A DNA stretch of 64,000 bases, taken from the NCBI GenBank assembly GCA_900290245.1, contig OKRB01000108.1:47541-111540 (forward strand). Direction: 5' to 3'. The stretch comes from Candidatus Sulfotelmatomonas gaucii. GTDB taxonomy: Bacteria; Acidobacteriota; Terriglobia; Terriglobales; Acidobacteriaceae. Below, in pieces: positions 1 to 9,108 of this stretch. Positions within the stretch are counted from its first letter, which is position 1, and each line of letters opens with the position of its first letter. The notes beneath the pieces were generated by a model that had not been told where the DNA came from, did no database searches, and was given only the letters and a program-made list of their open reading frames with translations. The position numbers and the translations under genes were made by a program.

Positions 1-2
1 CG

Positions 3-365
3 GCGCAACTCGCCGCCATGCCGCAAACCACTGTGACGGTCAACAATGAGCACACCAAGGCCACCGAAACCTACACCGGCGTGCCGCTAATGGACCTGCT
101 CACGCAACTGGGCGTGCCCGCCGTCCCGCACGGCAAAGACATGCTGCTTTATCTTGTCGCCGTTGGCTCCGACGGCTATGAAGCAGTCTACGCAGTCGCG
201 GAGGTAAACCCCAGCCTGCATGATGCTACGGTGATTGTGGCCGACACCGAAAACGGCAAGCCGCTCACCGCCGACGGCCCGCTCAAGCTGATCGACACGC
301 GCGAGAAGCGCCCGGCGCGCTGGGTCCGCAACCTCGCCGCCATCCATGTGCTCTCAGGGGAGTGA
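3..365 (+). CDS. Small molybdopterin-dependent oxidoreductase-like (Oxidored_molyb-type) protein, 5' partial
   Basis: Frame open from the window start. Motifs TYTGVPLMDLL, GSDGYEAVY, DGPLKL..RPARWVRNL resemble this family. Confidence 0.55.
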   Translation, partial: AQLAAMPQTTVTVNNEHTKATETYTGVPLMDLLTQLGVPAVPHGKDMLLYLVAVGSDGYEAVYAVAEVNPSLHDATVIVADTENGKPLTADGPLKLIDTREKRPARWVRNLAAIHVLSGE

Positions 366-382
366 TGCAGGGGCCGGCTAGT

Positions 383-408
383 CCCGGGCACTTCGCTAGT
401 GGCCCGGG
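383..408. terminator. Hairpin between convergent genes
   Basis: cccgggcac-ttcgcta-gtg(g)cccggg between the stops at 365 and 433; no clear U-tract. Confidence 0.3.
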
Positions 409-432
409 TGTTCGCCGTTCCGGCTGGTCATC

Positions 433-1458
433 TCACCGGTGATGCTGGTCGCCTTGGCCCCCGCCGCGATTTTGCGACCCGCCATGATTCTGCGAACCGC
501 CACGATTCTGCGACCCGCCCTGATTCTGCCACCGCTGCGTAGGCTGCACATTGCGGTCGGCTGGCAGCGGCTTGCTGATGGCTGGAGTAGCAGGCCTGCC
601 ATGATTCTGGGCCGCAAATTGGCCGCGAACCCCGCCATAAGTCTGCGCGTGCTGCACCTGCGAGCTCATCCGCGGAGCCGTTGGCTCATGCCATGCCGAC
701 GCGTCCGACTGCCTTGGCCTTACCTGCACGCCGCCCTGCCCGCCCCGATAACTCGTGCGGGGAACATTCTCGACATGCACGTTGGCGTGATAGCTGTATA
801 CGTTGTGCACCGAGCGCACATTGATGTTGTTGTACGCGCGGTTATAGAAGAAGTGGTTGCCGTGCCAGTAGCCCCCCTCATAGCCGAGGCCGACGTAGCC
901 AAATCCGTAATTGATTCCGCCGTAGAAGCCGATATGCATGCCCCAGTGGCCGGGATAGAACATATACCGGCCGCCGTAAAAGCCCCAATAGCCAGGCGTC
1001 CACAGCGCTGCCGTATAAGGTGGCTCGACCCAAGCCCCCGGCACCCAGTAATAGCCGTTCGGTCCCCACGCCCAATAGCCCGGCGTCCAGATGTAGTCAT
1101 CGCCCGGCGGCGGTGGCTGCTGGTAGTCGGGCAGCGGCGGCGGTGGCTGGTCTGCTGTTTCCGTTGGCTGCTCGGCGTACCCGGAGTCATCAGGAGCCTG
1201 GCCCGGAGCAGCCGACTGGTCGGGCAGCGGCGGGGCCTCTGTGGTGTACGAGGGACCCGATGGCGCCTGGTTTACGGCGGCAGGATCCGGCCCTTGATCC
1301 GCCGGAGGCGCCTGATCCTGCGCACCCGCCACTGCGGCACTGACGACTGATCCAGACGAAGTGAACTTGGACTGTGATCCCGCCAAAATGAAGACCACTG
1401 CGGCAGCGAGCGAGGTGTAAAGCGCGATTCGAGGAAGTGTGTTCATCTTACCCTCCAA
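433..1458 (-). CDS. Secreted YXWGXW (WXXGXW) repeat protein with Pro/Gln-rich linker and Gly-rich tail
   Basis: Hydrophobic N-terminus; repeats YIWTPGYWAW, YYWVPGAWV, LWTPGYWGF; GGAGG upstream. Confidence 0.8.
   Translation of the reverse strand: MEGKMNTLPRIALYTSLAAAVVFILAGSQSKFTSSGSVVSAAVAGAQDQAPPADQGPDPAAVNQAPSGPSYTTEAPPLPDQSAAPGQAPDDSGYAEQPTETADQPPPPLPDYQQPPPPGDDYIWTPGYWAWGPNGYYWVPGAWVEPPYTAALWTPGYWGFYGGRYMFYPGHWGMHIGFYGGINYGFGYVGLGYEGGYWHGNHFFYNRAYNNINVRSVHNVYSYHANVHVENVPRTSYRGGQGGVQVRPRQSDASAWHEPTAPRMSSQVQHAQTYGGVRGQFAAQNHGRPATPAISKPLPADRNVQPTQRWQNQGGSQNRGGSQNHGGSQNRGGGQGDQHHR
461..532. repeat. 4 x 18-bp tandem repeat encoding (N/H/R)GGSQN-type units
   Basis: ccgcc(a/g/c)(c/t)gatt(c/t)tgc.a. 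starting at 461, 479, 497 and 515. Confidence 0.8.
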
Positions 1459-1623
1459 CCTTCTAATTGATTAAACACCGCCGCGGGTAGCTAAGTCTCG
1501 AATTCCCTTGAAATAGTTCCCCTCAGCCGTAACTTGTCGGTTGTCAATGAACTGCGGTCAGCCAGCGTCTCTGGCGGCCACCGGGTGGCGCAGCAGGCAT
1601 GGGCCAATCGAATTCAGCTAAAT

Positions 1624-2805
1624 TTACTTCTGCACAAAAAACTCTCCCATCGGCGGCGCATTGGCCGTAGCGCCAGGCGGATTGGTGAGCCCCAGCGCAT
1701 CCATCACCGTCAGCAACATGCTTTCGTGCTGGTAAATCGTCGCGGAGGTCTGCTGGTACCCGGCTTTCACATCCGGACCCCAGAGCACCGGCGCCACGTG
1801 ACCTCCGCCGTACGCGGTGTCCCTGTCCAGGGATTCATCAAAGTCCATGATCAGGATGCCGTCGCCGCCGGCTTGGAATGCTGCAGTGCTGGAAAGCGGC
1901 GCGACCACATTCGCCTGCAGCCATGTGTCGGCTTCGAGCGGCGTGCCGTCGTGCGCATCGTCGTCGACGTTGGGCACAATAAATGAAAATTCGGGCAGCG
2001 TGTTTGCGGCCACGTCGGCGGCAAATTGCGAAAACGGCCAGATCGTCTGCCCAGCCACCTGCGCATTGCCGGCTACGTCAGAGAGCATGGCGAACGGATT
2101 GTGGTGGATCACGTAGAGACCCGTGTCCCCGCCGACATAACCCTGCGTGATCCCTTCCGCGTACACCCGGAACGAAACGCCGGCTGCGAGCATGCGGCGC
2201 GCGATGTTGTCTACGTTCCACACCTGTGTCGAGCTGTCGTCGTTGGTCAGGATCTGGCCGGTGGTCAGCATGAAATAGTTGCCAATCGAGGGGTGCGTGT
2301 CTGCGTAGTAGTTCGTCGGCAGGGCTCCCTTGCCGATCAATGCATTCAAATAGGGCCAGTCCGTTGTGTTGCCCGCCACCGTCGAGTAGCTCTGGTTTTC
2401 TTCCAGCACCATGACCACATGCTTACTGGGCGGGATCATGAATGCGACGGTCACCGCTGCGGTGCCCGAGACTGTGCCGTCCTGAACGCTGGTGGCTGTC
2501 ACCGTCACCTGTCCGGGAGAAGCCGGTCCGGTGAAGACTCCGCTGGAGCTGATGCTTCCCGCACTCGCCGACCACGTCACCGCCAGATTGGCTGAGCCGC
2601 TACCCTGCAATGTGGCGCTGCATTGCGAAGTCGCGCCGGGAGCGATCGACGCCGGCGCGCAGGACACTGAAACCGATGACACCGTGCTTGCAACCGAAGT
2701 CGCAATGTGTTGCGAACCGCCGCAGGCCGCGCAACACAGCAGGATTGTGCTTGCGGCAAAGACCCATGCCACGCTGCGGCCACGAATATCGTCTCTCGCG
2801 TTCAT
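1624..2805 (-). CDS. Lipoprotein: Ig-like domain plus phosphoesterase/acid-phosphatase (alkaline phosphatase superfamily) domain
   Basis: Lipobox-like LLCCAAC; HVVMVLEEN, THPSIGNYF, HNPFAM, PNVDDDAHDG, FDES motifs. Confidence 0.75.
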   Translation of the reverse strand: MNARDDIRGRSVAWVFAASTILLCCAACGGSQHIATSVASTVSSVSVSCAPASIAPGATSQCSATLQGSGSANLAVTWSASAGSISSSGVFTGPASPGQVTVTATSVQDGTVSGTAAVTVAFMIPPSKHVVMVLEENQSYSTVAGNTTDWPYLNALIGKGALPTNYYADTHPSIGNYFMLTTGQILTNDDSSTQVWNVDNIARRMLAAGVSFRVYAEGITQGYVGGDTGLYVIHHNPFAMLSDVAGNAQVAGQTIWPFSQFAADVAANTLPEFSFIVPNVDDDAHDGTPLEADTWLQANVVAPLSSTAAFQAGGDGILIMDFDESLDRDTAYGGGHVAPVLWGPDVKAGYQQTSATIYQHESMLLTVMDALGLTNPPGATANAPPMGEFFVQK

Positions 2806-3001
2806 GCACGGCTCAAATCGATCGCTTCACGCGCCGGCTCAAAAAGCGCATTCCGCCGCCCAGGGAACACTGCGCCTTGCTGTTCTGCCTGGTTTTCCAT
2901 GAGTCGTTGGATGCGGGCCGTCGGCGAGGCTTTGTCTCGCAAAAACTCGAATTCGAGTTTCAGCCCTGATGATTTCGTGCTCCGCAGGGAACGCCCCGTC
3001 C

Positions 3002-3886
3002 TTAGTGCCGGCCGCCCGGCGGCGACGAATGCCCAACGTTGTTCGCGGGCGGCGTGGTTGCAGGCTTGCGCTGCGGTTCCTTGTTCAATAACTGTTCGCA
3101 AAGCGCCGAATCCTGTCCCCGCACCACGCCCTGCACTGTGTCCTGGCCCCGGCAGAGGCGCAGCTCCATTGCCTCCTCGTTCTCTCTTCCCGTCACTTCC
3201 ACCGTCCGGTCCAGGCCGCTGAGAGGGTCCACATCGTAGCAAAAAATGGTGTTGCTCGGCGGCTTCAGCTTTCCGAAGTCGAAGTGGTTCCAGGTGCAAA
3301 GTTCCGCCACCCCGTTGCCTCCGCTCAGCTCGGCATAAACCTGCGTCCACACAATCCCGTTGCTGCTCGGCGGAACCGCGCTCCATGCCAGGGCGCCCTG
3401 CCCTCCGCGTATCCAGCGCGCCGCCCACATGTGATGCGGAAGATCGTAATAGAGCGCCGTGAAGTAGGTGCTCGCCGCGCAGTTGCTGCAATTGTCGTAG
3501 AGCATCGTCAGCTCTTCCGGCTTGCCCTGCTCAAAGTGCTCCCAGTCCAGCCACCGCAGGTTCACACCCTTCAGCAGCGGAGCCACCACGTGGCTGGTAA
3601 GCGAGACGTTCCAGATGGTGAACGTGTCGCTGCTCGGCGGCGCTTGCGGATTGGTGCGGTCGCTGGTGACCACGAGCGCCGCGTCATATTCCACGCCGAT
3701 TTCGCGGATCGCCGTCCAGTCCTCCACCTGCATGGATCGCGTGACCCACGCAACGATGTTCTGATCCTTCGGCGAGTGAAAGTCGATCCATCGAAACGTG
3801 TCTGAAGTTTGCTGTGCGCAGAGTTGGATGGTGAAGGCCAGGGCCGCGGCACCGCAAATGAGGCGCCTGACAAGGTGAACCTGCAT
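3002..3886 (-). CDS. Hypothetical secreted protein
   Basis: Signal peptide MQVHLVRRLICGAAALAFTIQLCA; several Cys. Start trimmed from the ORF track, whose extension runs through a REP and the upstream gene. Confidence 0.7.
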   Translation of the reverse strand: MQVHLVRRLICGAAALAFTIQLCAQQTSDTFRWIDFHSPKDQNIVAWVTRSMQVEDWTAIREIGVEYDAALVVTSDRTNPQAPPSSDTFTIWNVSLTSHVVAPLLKGVNLRWLDWEHFEQGKPEELTMLYDNCSNCAASTYFTALYYDLPHHMWAARWIRGGQGALAWSAVPPSSNGIVWTQVYAELSGGNGVAELCTWNHFDFGKLKPPSNTIFCYDVDPLSGLDRTVEVTGRENEEAMELRLCRGQDTVQGVVRGQDSALCEQLLNKEPQRKPATTPPANNVGHSSPPGGRH

Positions 3887-3920
3887 GAATTTAGATATAA
3901 CAGAGCCGCTGTCCCGCCGT

Positions 3921-3963
3921 GTTGCCCCATCCTTCGCGCGCTCTTTTTGCGAAGGGTGGGACC
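3921..3963 (+). repeat. REP family A palindrome
   Basis: gttgcccc-atccttcgc-gcgctctttt-tgcgaagggtggg; same design as the copies at 8011, 23268, 32993 and 54201. Confidence 0.8.
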
Positions 3964-3974
3964 ACCAATCCACC

Positions 3975-4892
3975 CTACTTTTGCGCCGGCTTGATCTGCT
4001 TTCCAAAATCCCGCGGAGGCGCATCCTGCGTCGCGCTCGATTCCACCAGCGCGTCCCACCCCTCATCGGCGCCGTGGTACGTCGTGTATTTCCCCTTGCA
4101 GTACTTCTCCATGTCGCTCGCATCCTGCGGGAAGGCCGCGCTCTTCGAAAGTTGAATCGCCCTGGCGCAGTACCAGAATCCATTTGTGTCAAGCGGTGTC
4201 GTCTCCAGGTCCGCAATCGCAAGCTCGTACGCATCCTGTGCGCTGGTTGGGTCAATCTGCAAGGCCTGCGTAAGCCATTTCTTTCCTTGCGAATAATCCT
4301 TATTCTGCACCATGCAAAAGCCCTCTGCCCCGGTGAACAGAGCGTTCATGAGCTTGCTTAACGACACAAAGTCGGCCTGTGCCATGTTTGCCGGCTTTTG
4401 CCACATGGGAACCGCAAGCATTCCTCCGGAAGCATCGGCGCACATCTCGCTGAGTGCTGCCTGGTCTCCTTGCGTCGCGCTCACCCGGTCGAGCGCCACC
4501 ACGATGCCCAGCGCACGAATGTTGCCATGGTCCAGATCAAGCAGCCGCTTAGCCGTTTTCTTCACTTCGCCCGAGTCGCCCGCCGCCTGCCACGCCGCCA
4601 TCTCCTGCTCCAGGGCGCCACCTAGGACCACACTCGTCGGATAATTCTGCACAAAGGCCGCCAGCCCCTCGGCACGCGCAGTGGCGTCCTGCGTATTCAA
4701 GGCGGACATATAGGCATCGTATTCGGCCTTCGACTGGATCACCTTCTGTCCCGGCGCCGGCTGCTGCGCTGGCTGTTGTGCCGGTTGCTGTGCTCCCGCC
4801 GCCATCGCGCAAGCCAGCAGCAGGCTCAGCAAGCCTGCGACGCCGTGCAGCCTGCGCAGCACCCTCAACCCGCAATCGAGATTCCGCTTCAT
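3975..4892 (-). CDS. Secreted TPR-like helical protein with QQPA repeats
   Basis: Signal peptide, QQPAQQPAQQPA, TPR-like segments (LTQALQIDPTSAQDAYELA). Start 4892 avoids overlap with the HD gene. Confidence 0.65.
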   Translation of the reverse strand: MKRNLDCGLRVLRRLHGVAGLLSLLLACAMAAGAQQPAQQPAQQPAPGQKVIQSKAEYDAYMSALNTQDATARAEGLAAFVQNYPTSVVLGGALEQEMAAWQAAGDSGEVKKTAKRLLDLDHGNIRALGIVVALDRVSATQGDQAALSEMCADASGGMLAVPMWQKPANMAQADFVSLSKLMNALFTGAEGFCMVQNKDYSQGKKWLTQALQIDPTSAQDAYELAIADLETTPLDTNGFWYCARAIQLSKSAAFPQDASDMEKYCKGKYTTYHGADEGWDALVESSATQDAPPRDFGKQIKPAQK

Positions 4893-4902
4893 GCTTTCCA
4901 TC

Positions 4903-5568
4903 TCACTTATCGTTTGGCTCACGTCCAACCACCTTCCGGGCGGTTGTCTTCGATGCCTCGCTCGCGCTCAACGACGCGAGCTCCGCCACAACGCGCTGCA
5001 GCTCGTCGACGATCCGGTTGCTCATCCGCAGTTGAAAAACCGCAATGAGCGAATCGAAATACCAGAGCTGCTCGTTTCTCCCACGCTTGAATCTCTTCCA
5101 GACCTCCGGCCCGATTTCCTTGTAGTCGTCAAGGACCGCCTTGGCGTTGTAGAGCTTGTCCGCCGCAGAAATGAGGAGCACGTCTTCCGGTTCATTGCGC
5201 AGCTTCCTGAGATACCCGACTTTGCGCTCCTCCCAGCCTTCTTTCTGGTCGTGATCCTCGGCAAGTGTGTCCGACAGCCCTTCAACCATCCGCGCCACAT
5301 CCGCGCCGAAAGACTTTCTCACGTCGTCTAGCCGGGACTTGCCGCCATGATCTTCCACGGTATCGTGAAGAACGGCGGCAATCACCATATCTTCGGTCAC
5401 AGGAACCGAACGGCCGGCCTCGCTCATCACCAGCGCCGCCACGCCCAGCAGATGCGCCATGTAGGGGATCTGCGACCCCTTGCGAGTTTCCGTGTGCAAT
5501 TTCCGCGCATAGTCGACGGCGCGCGTCAAGCGATCGGTCAATACAAGACTTTGTCCGGGTTTCGTCAT
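4903..5568 (-). CDS. HD-domain protein, Mesh1/small alarmone hydrolase-like
   Basis: H..ETRKGSQIPYMAHL, AVLHDTVED, ADKLYNA match the RelA/SpoT hydrolase pattern; no synthetase domain. Confidence 0.8.
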   Translation of the reverse strand: MTKPGQSLVLTDRLTRAVDYARKLHTETRKGSQIPYMAHLLGVAALVMSEAGRSVPVTEDMVIAAVLHDTVEDHGGKSRLDDVRKSFGADVARMVEGLSDTLAEDHDQKEGWEERKVGYLRKLRNEPEDVLLISAADKLYNAKAVLDDYKEIGPEVWKRFKRGRNEQLWYFDSLIAVFQLRMSNRIVDELQRVVAELASLSASEASKTTARKVVGREPNDK

Positions 5569-5621
5569 CTCTTAGTATCTCATCCAGAATTATGCCGCAT
5601 CAAAATGGTCACCGGGCTCGT

Positions 5622-5650
5622 TTGACGGGCAGGGGAATATATTCGATACT
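5622..5650 (+). promoter_or_regulatory. Putative sigma70-type promoter
   Basis: TTGACG-17 nt-GATACT, ending 9 nt before ATG 5660. Confidence 0.45.
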
Positions 5651-5659
5651 TGTCGCGTC

Positions 5660-6500
5660 ATGCACGCGAAAGCCTTCTTCGTTCTTTTTGGGGCTTCAAT
5701 GATTCTGGTGGGCTGCGGTTCCCCACCCACCACTTCCACCTCCAACTCTGCTCCTCTCGATCTCACCGGCAACTGGCAAATCCAATCCAATGTCATCTCC
5801 AATATCGTTCCTCCGGTGGGAGTCCTGCTTCTCGGTGCGCTCCAGAGCACCGGCAACCAGGTTGCCGGAACATTCCGATTCGCGAACCTCGCCCAGCCAA
5901 CGCAGTGCGGCCTCGATCAGGTCGTAACCATCACCGGCGCCGTCGATTCCAAAAACAATCTCACCCTCGCCTCAGCCGCTATGCCGAACGGAACCACGGT
6001 CAAAGTTCTTCTCGCAATCACCGGCTCGCAGCAACCATACGCGGGCAATGGATCTATCGAAGTCGACGGCTCGACCTGCACCTTCCCATCCACAGGCGCC
6101 ATCGGCCAGCAGTTCCAAAACATAGCCCGGACTTTCACCGGAACGCTCACTCCCGGCACGCTGGTCTCGCCCGGGACCGGCCCATCGGCCACGGCCTCGC
6201 TCACCCTCGCGCAGTCACTCAACCCGCAGTCCGACGGCCAGTTTCCTGCACCGGCTCACTCAACTACACAATCGGAACGTGCACAGGCAGCGTCTCTCTC
6301 AGCGGAACCGTCAGCGGCGTCGGCGTGATCCTGTCCTCTACAATCGCGCCACCTGCGAATCTTCAGATTGTGAGTTTCGTGGGCACTTCCAACCCACCGC
6401 AACGACGATTAGCGTGGGCGTATTGTCATTTGAGCCTGCGCCATGCTCTGCGGACCCGAACTCAAGCGCTTCCTACTTCGGATCGCTGACTCGTCAGTAA
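5660..6500 (+). pseudogene. Beta-rich lipoprotein split by two single-base deletions (pseudogene or assembly error)
   Basis: Lipobox ILVGC. Protein-like text continues across frames at ~6249 (FP/TGSLNYTIG) and ~6394 (TSN/TATTISVG) to TAA 6500. Confidence 0.7.
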
Positions 6501-6510
6501 TTCGCTCTCG

Positions 6511-8211
6511 CTACAGTCCCAGCTTCGCCCACATCGCGTCCACCTTGGCCTTCGTCGCGCGATCCATCTCGATCATCGCCGGCCACGGCCGCGCGAACCC
6601 TTCCGCCTTCCACTTCCGCGTTGCATCCACTCCCATTTTTGATCCGTAGTTCGGCAATCGAGATGCGTGGTCGAGCGAGTCCACCGGCCCCAGGGTGAAC
6701 TGGATGTCGCGGTCGGGATCGATATTGTTGGCCACGCGCAGCACCACTTCGCCCATATCCTGCACGTCGCAGTCCTCATCCACCACGATGATGCACTTGG
6801 TGAACATCGCTTGCCCCAGCGACCAGATCGCGTTCATCACCTTGCGCGCCTGGCCCGGATAGCTCTTCTTGATCGACACGATCATCATGTTGTGAAAGAC
6901 GGCCTCGACCGGCAGATTGATGTCCACTAGCTCTGGAATCGTCATCTTCATCGCCGGCAGAAAAATCCGCTCTACCGCCTTGCCCATCCACGCGTCTTCC
7001 ATCGGCGGCTTGCCCACAATGGTCGCGGCATAAATCGGATCCTTGCGATGCGTGATGCACGTGAGATGAAAAACGGGGTACTCATCTTCGAGCGTGTAAA
7101 AGCCGGTGTGGTCGCCGAAAGGGCCCTCCGGCCGGAGCTCACCCAGTTCCACGTAGCCTTCGAGCACGATCTCCGCCTGCGCCGGCACCTCAAGATCGAC
7201 GGTCTCGCACTTCACAATCTCCACCGGTTCCCCGCGCAGAAATCCCGCTATCAGAAACTCCTCCACTTCGGGCGGCGCAGGCACAATCGCGGCAAAGGTC
7301 GTCGCGGGATCCGTACCAATGGCCACGGCCACCTCCATCCGCGAGCCCTTCACATTGCCAACCGCAACCTGGCCCACCGCTCCATCGGCAAAGCTCGTTG
7401 CGCCACCGGCCGACTCCGCCATCATCGCCACGCGCGCCGCCTTCGCGCTCAGCGTCGGGTCTTCTTCCGCTCCCGCCGCAGCAGCATTGCGCAGCGCCTC
7501 GCGATAGTGTTCGGCGGCCACCTTCTGCCGCTGCCAGTGCATGCCCGTGGTCTGCCCGTCGTACACCTGCATGCGATATATGCCGATGTTGCGCTTGCCC
7601 GTTCCCCCTCCGCCTCTAGGATCGCGCGTATGCACGCAGGGCAGCGTGATGAACCGTCCGCCATCGTGCGGCCAGCACTTGAGAATCGGAAAATAATTCA
7701 GATCAAACTTCTCGTGTCGCACCACTTCTTTGCACGGTGCATCTTTGCCGCTCACCGTTTTGGGAAATGCACTGGTCAGCGCGCCAAGTTGCGGCAGCAT
7801 CTTCAACTTGTCGAACAGCCCCTCAGGAGCCTTCACGTTCATCAAACCGGTAATTCGTTCGGCAATCTCATCCAGCCGCTCCACGCCCAGCGCCATGGTC
7901 ATGCGCCGCTCGCTGCCGAATTGATTGATAAGAACCTTGTGACCCGGATGGCCCTTCACATTTTCAAATAGCAGCGCCGGCCCCCCGGGAGCATACTTCC
8001 CACTGAAATCGGTTGCCCCATCTTTTCCGCGCTCTTTGCGGAAAGGGCGGGAACCGGAACCGATCTTGCTCACGCGGTCGGTAATCTCCGTAATTTCGAG
8101 CTCCGGCGAAACCTCTTCGCGGATGCGCTTGAGCTCGCCGTGCTTCTCAAGCGTCTTGATCCAGTCGCGCAAATCCTTGTAGGCCAAAGGCGTGCTCCGT
8201 GCGGTCGTCAC
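6511..8211 (-). CDS. ubiD: UbiD-family decarboxylase (possibly menaquinone futalosine-route type)
   Basis: GGPALLFENV, CWPHDGGRFITLP, RNIGIYRMQ, EGPFGDHTGFY, GKPPMED, MGVDATRK motifs. Confidence 0.9.
   Translation of the reverse strand: MTTARSTPLAYKDLRDWIKTLEKHGELKRIREEVSPELEITEITDRVSKIGSGSRPFRKERGKDGATDFSGKYAPGGPALLFENVKGHPGHKVLINQFGSERRMTMALGVERLDEIAERITGLMNVKAPEGLFDKLKMLPQLGALTSAFPKTVSGKDAPCKEVVRHEKFDLNYFPILKCWPHDGGRFITLPCVHTRDPRGGGGTGKRNIGIYRMQVYDGQTTGMHWQRQKVAAEHYREALRNAAAAGAEEDPTLSAKAARVAMMAESAGGATSFADGAVGQVAVGNVKGSRMEVAVAIGTDPATTFAAIVPAPPEVEEFLIAGFLRGEPVEIVKCETVDLEVPAQAEIVLEGYVELGELRPEGPFGDHTGFYTLEDEYPVFHLTCITHRKDPIYAATIVGKPPMEDAWMGKAVERIFLPAMKMTIPELVDINLPVEAVFHNMMIVSIKKSYPGQARKVMNAIWSLGQAMFTKCIIVVDEDCDVQDMGEVVLRVANNIDPDRDIQFTLGPVDSLDHASRLPNYGSKMGVDATRKWKAEGFARPWPAMIEMDRATKAKVDAMWAKLGL
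8011..8055 (+). repeat. REP family A copy inside the ubiD coding sequence
   Basis: ggttgcccc-atcttttccgc-gctcttt-gcggaaagggcggg-aacc; read in ubiD as SRPFRKERGKDGAT. Confidence 0.8.
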
Positions 8212-8318
8212 CGTTCCTCAACCACAGTTCATCAACCATGTTACGGCAGGAATGATGGATGAAACGCGGGAAAGCCGTTTACCCGAACCCCACCCGCAGT
8301 TTCGCCACGCGCCCGCTC

Positions 8319-8570
8319 TCAGTCGATCGTATCTTCGCGTCTGGGCGGTTCGCCGCCCTTGCGGTTGAGGATGCGCAGAAATGCCTTGCGGTCCGCGCGT
8401 TTTCTCCGGTCGAGAAAAAACTCCTCGGTCTGCATCGCGGCAATCTTTTCCGCAGCGGCAATCACGAGGAATTGATTCATGCTGGTCCCATCGCGGTCAC
8501 TGATCGTCTCGATTGCCGACTTCAAAGAAACAGGCAAGCGAAGCGGGAAAGTCGCTACCTTCGTGGTCAT
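8319..8570 (-). CDS. Putative antitoxin (HicB-like/ribbon-helix-helix)
   Basis: TFPLRLPVSLK..I...DGTSMNQFLVIAAAEKI; start overlaps the PIN gene stop (ATGA). Confidence 0.75.
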   Translation of the reverse strand: MTTKVATFPLRLPVSLKSAIETISDRDGTSMNQFLVIAAAEKIAAMQTEEFFLDRRKRADRKAFLRILNRKGGEPPRREDTID

Positions 8571-8989
8571 GGTTTGATCCTCCTGAGAAGTTCGCCTGGG
8601 CGGAGAACCTCAATATCGAAACTTCGTCGAGCCTCCTGCAAATCTCTCTCGTTGAACGTCACAATTGCTGAAGCTCGTCCGTTTACTGCGGCTTCGAGAA
8701 CCAATTCGTCTCCGGGATCGCGAAGCTGCGGACGCCAGCGAAAAAACAACTGAACCGGCTCTGCCATTGCGATAAGGCCGGTCACAAATATGTCTGTCTG
8801 CGCCAAAGAAAGTCCAGCCGCCAGCCGGTGCTCCGCCAGCATGCAAATCGCTTCGTACTCCAAGGCAAGAGCTACACTCACGAGCATTGTTGCCCGGCCA
8901 CCGTCAATGTGCCGCAGCAATTCAGCAGATGCTCCCCGCGGACTTCGCATCGCGGCCACCACCACATCGGTGTCGAGCACAATTCTCAC
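8567..8989 (-). CDS. PIN-domain toxin (VapC-like)
   Basis: RIVLDTDVVV, LEYE, LRDPGDELVLEAA, IVTFNERD: conserved acidic PIN residues. Confidence 0.85.
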   Translation of the reverse strand: MRIVLDTDVVVAAMRSPRGASAELLRHIDGGRATMLVSVALALEYEAICMLAEHRLAAGLSLAQTDIFVTGLIAMAEPVQLFFRWRPQLRDPGDELVLEAAVNGRASAIVTFNERDLQEARRSFDIEVLRPGELLRRIKP

Positions 8990-8996
8990 TATGAAT

Positions 8997-9005
8997 ATGA
9001 TATCA
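8997..9005 (-). promoter_or_regulatory. Extended -10 promoter (TGnTATCAT), leaderless PIN mRNA likely
   Basis: Minus strand TG-a-TATCAT, then 7 nt, then GTG 8989; no SD; overlaps the palindrome tgatatca. Confidence 0.5.
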
Positions 9006-9108
9006 CATCACCGGCGATGTCATAATCGGCGGCCTGACAACCCTGCCAAGGGCCTTTGCCTTCATCGCATGATTGTGCAATCCTCGCTTTGAATAATCGG
9101 AGGTTTTC

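Noticed and set aside
3887-4255. N-terminal extension of ORF 3002-4255
   Set aside because: It runs through a REP and the upstream gene; the signal peptide begins at 3886.
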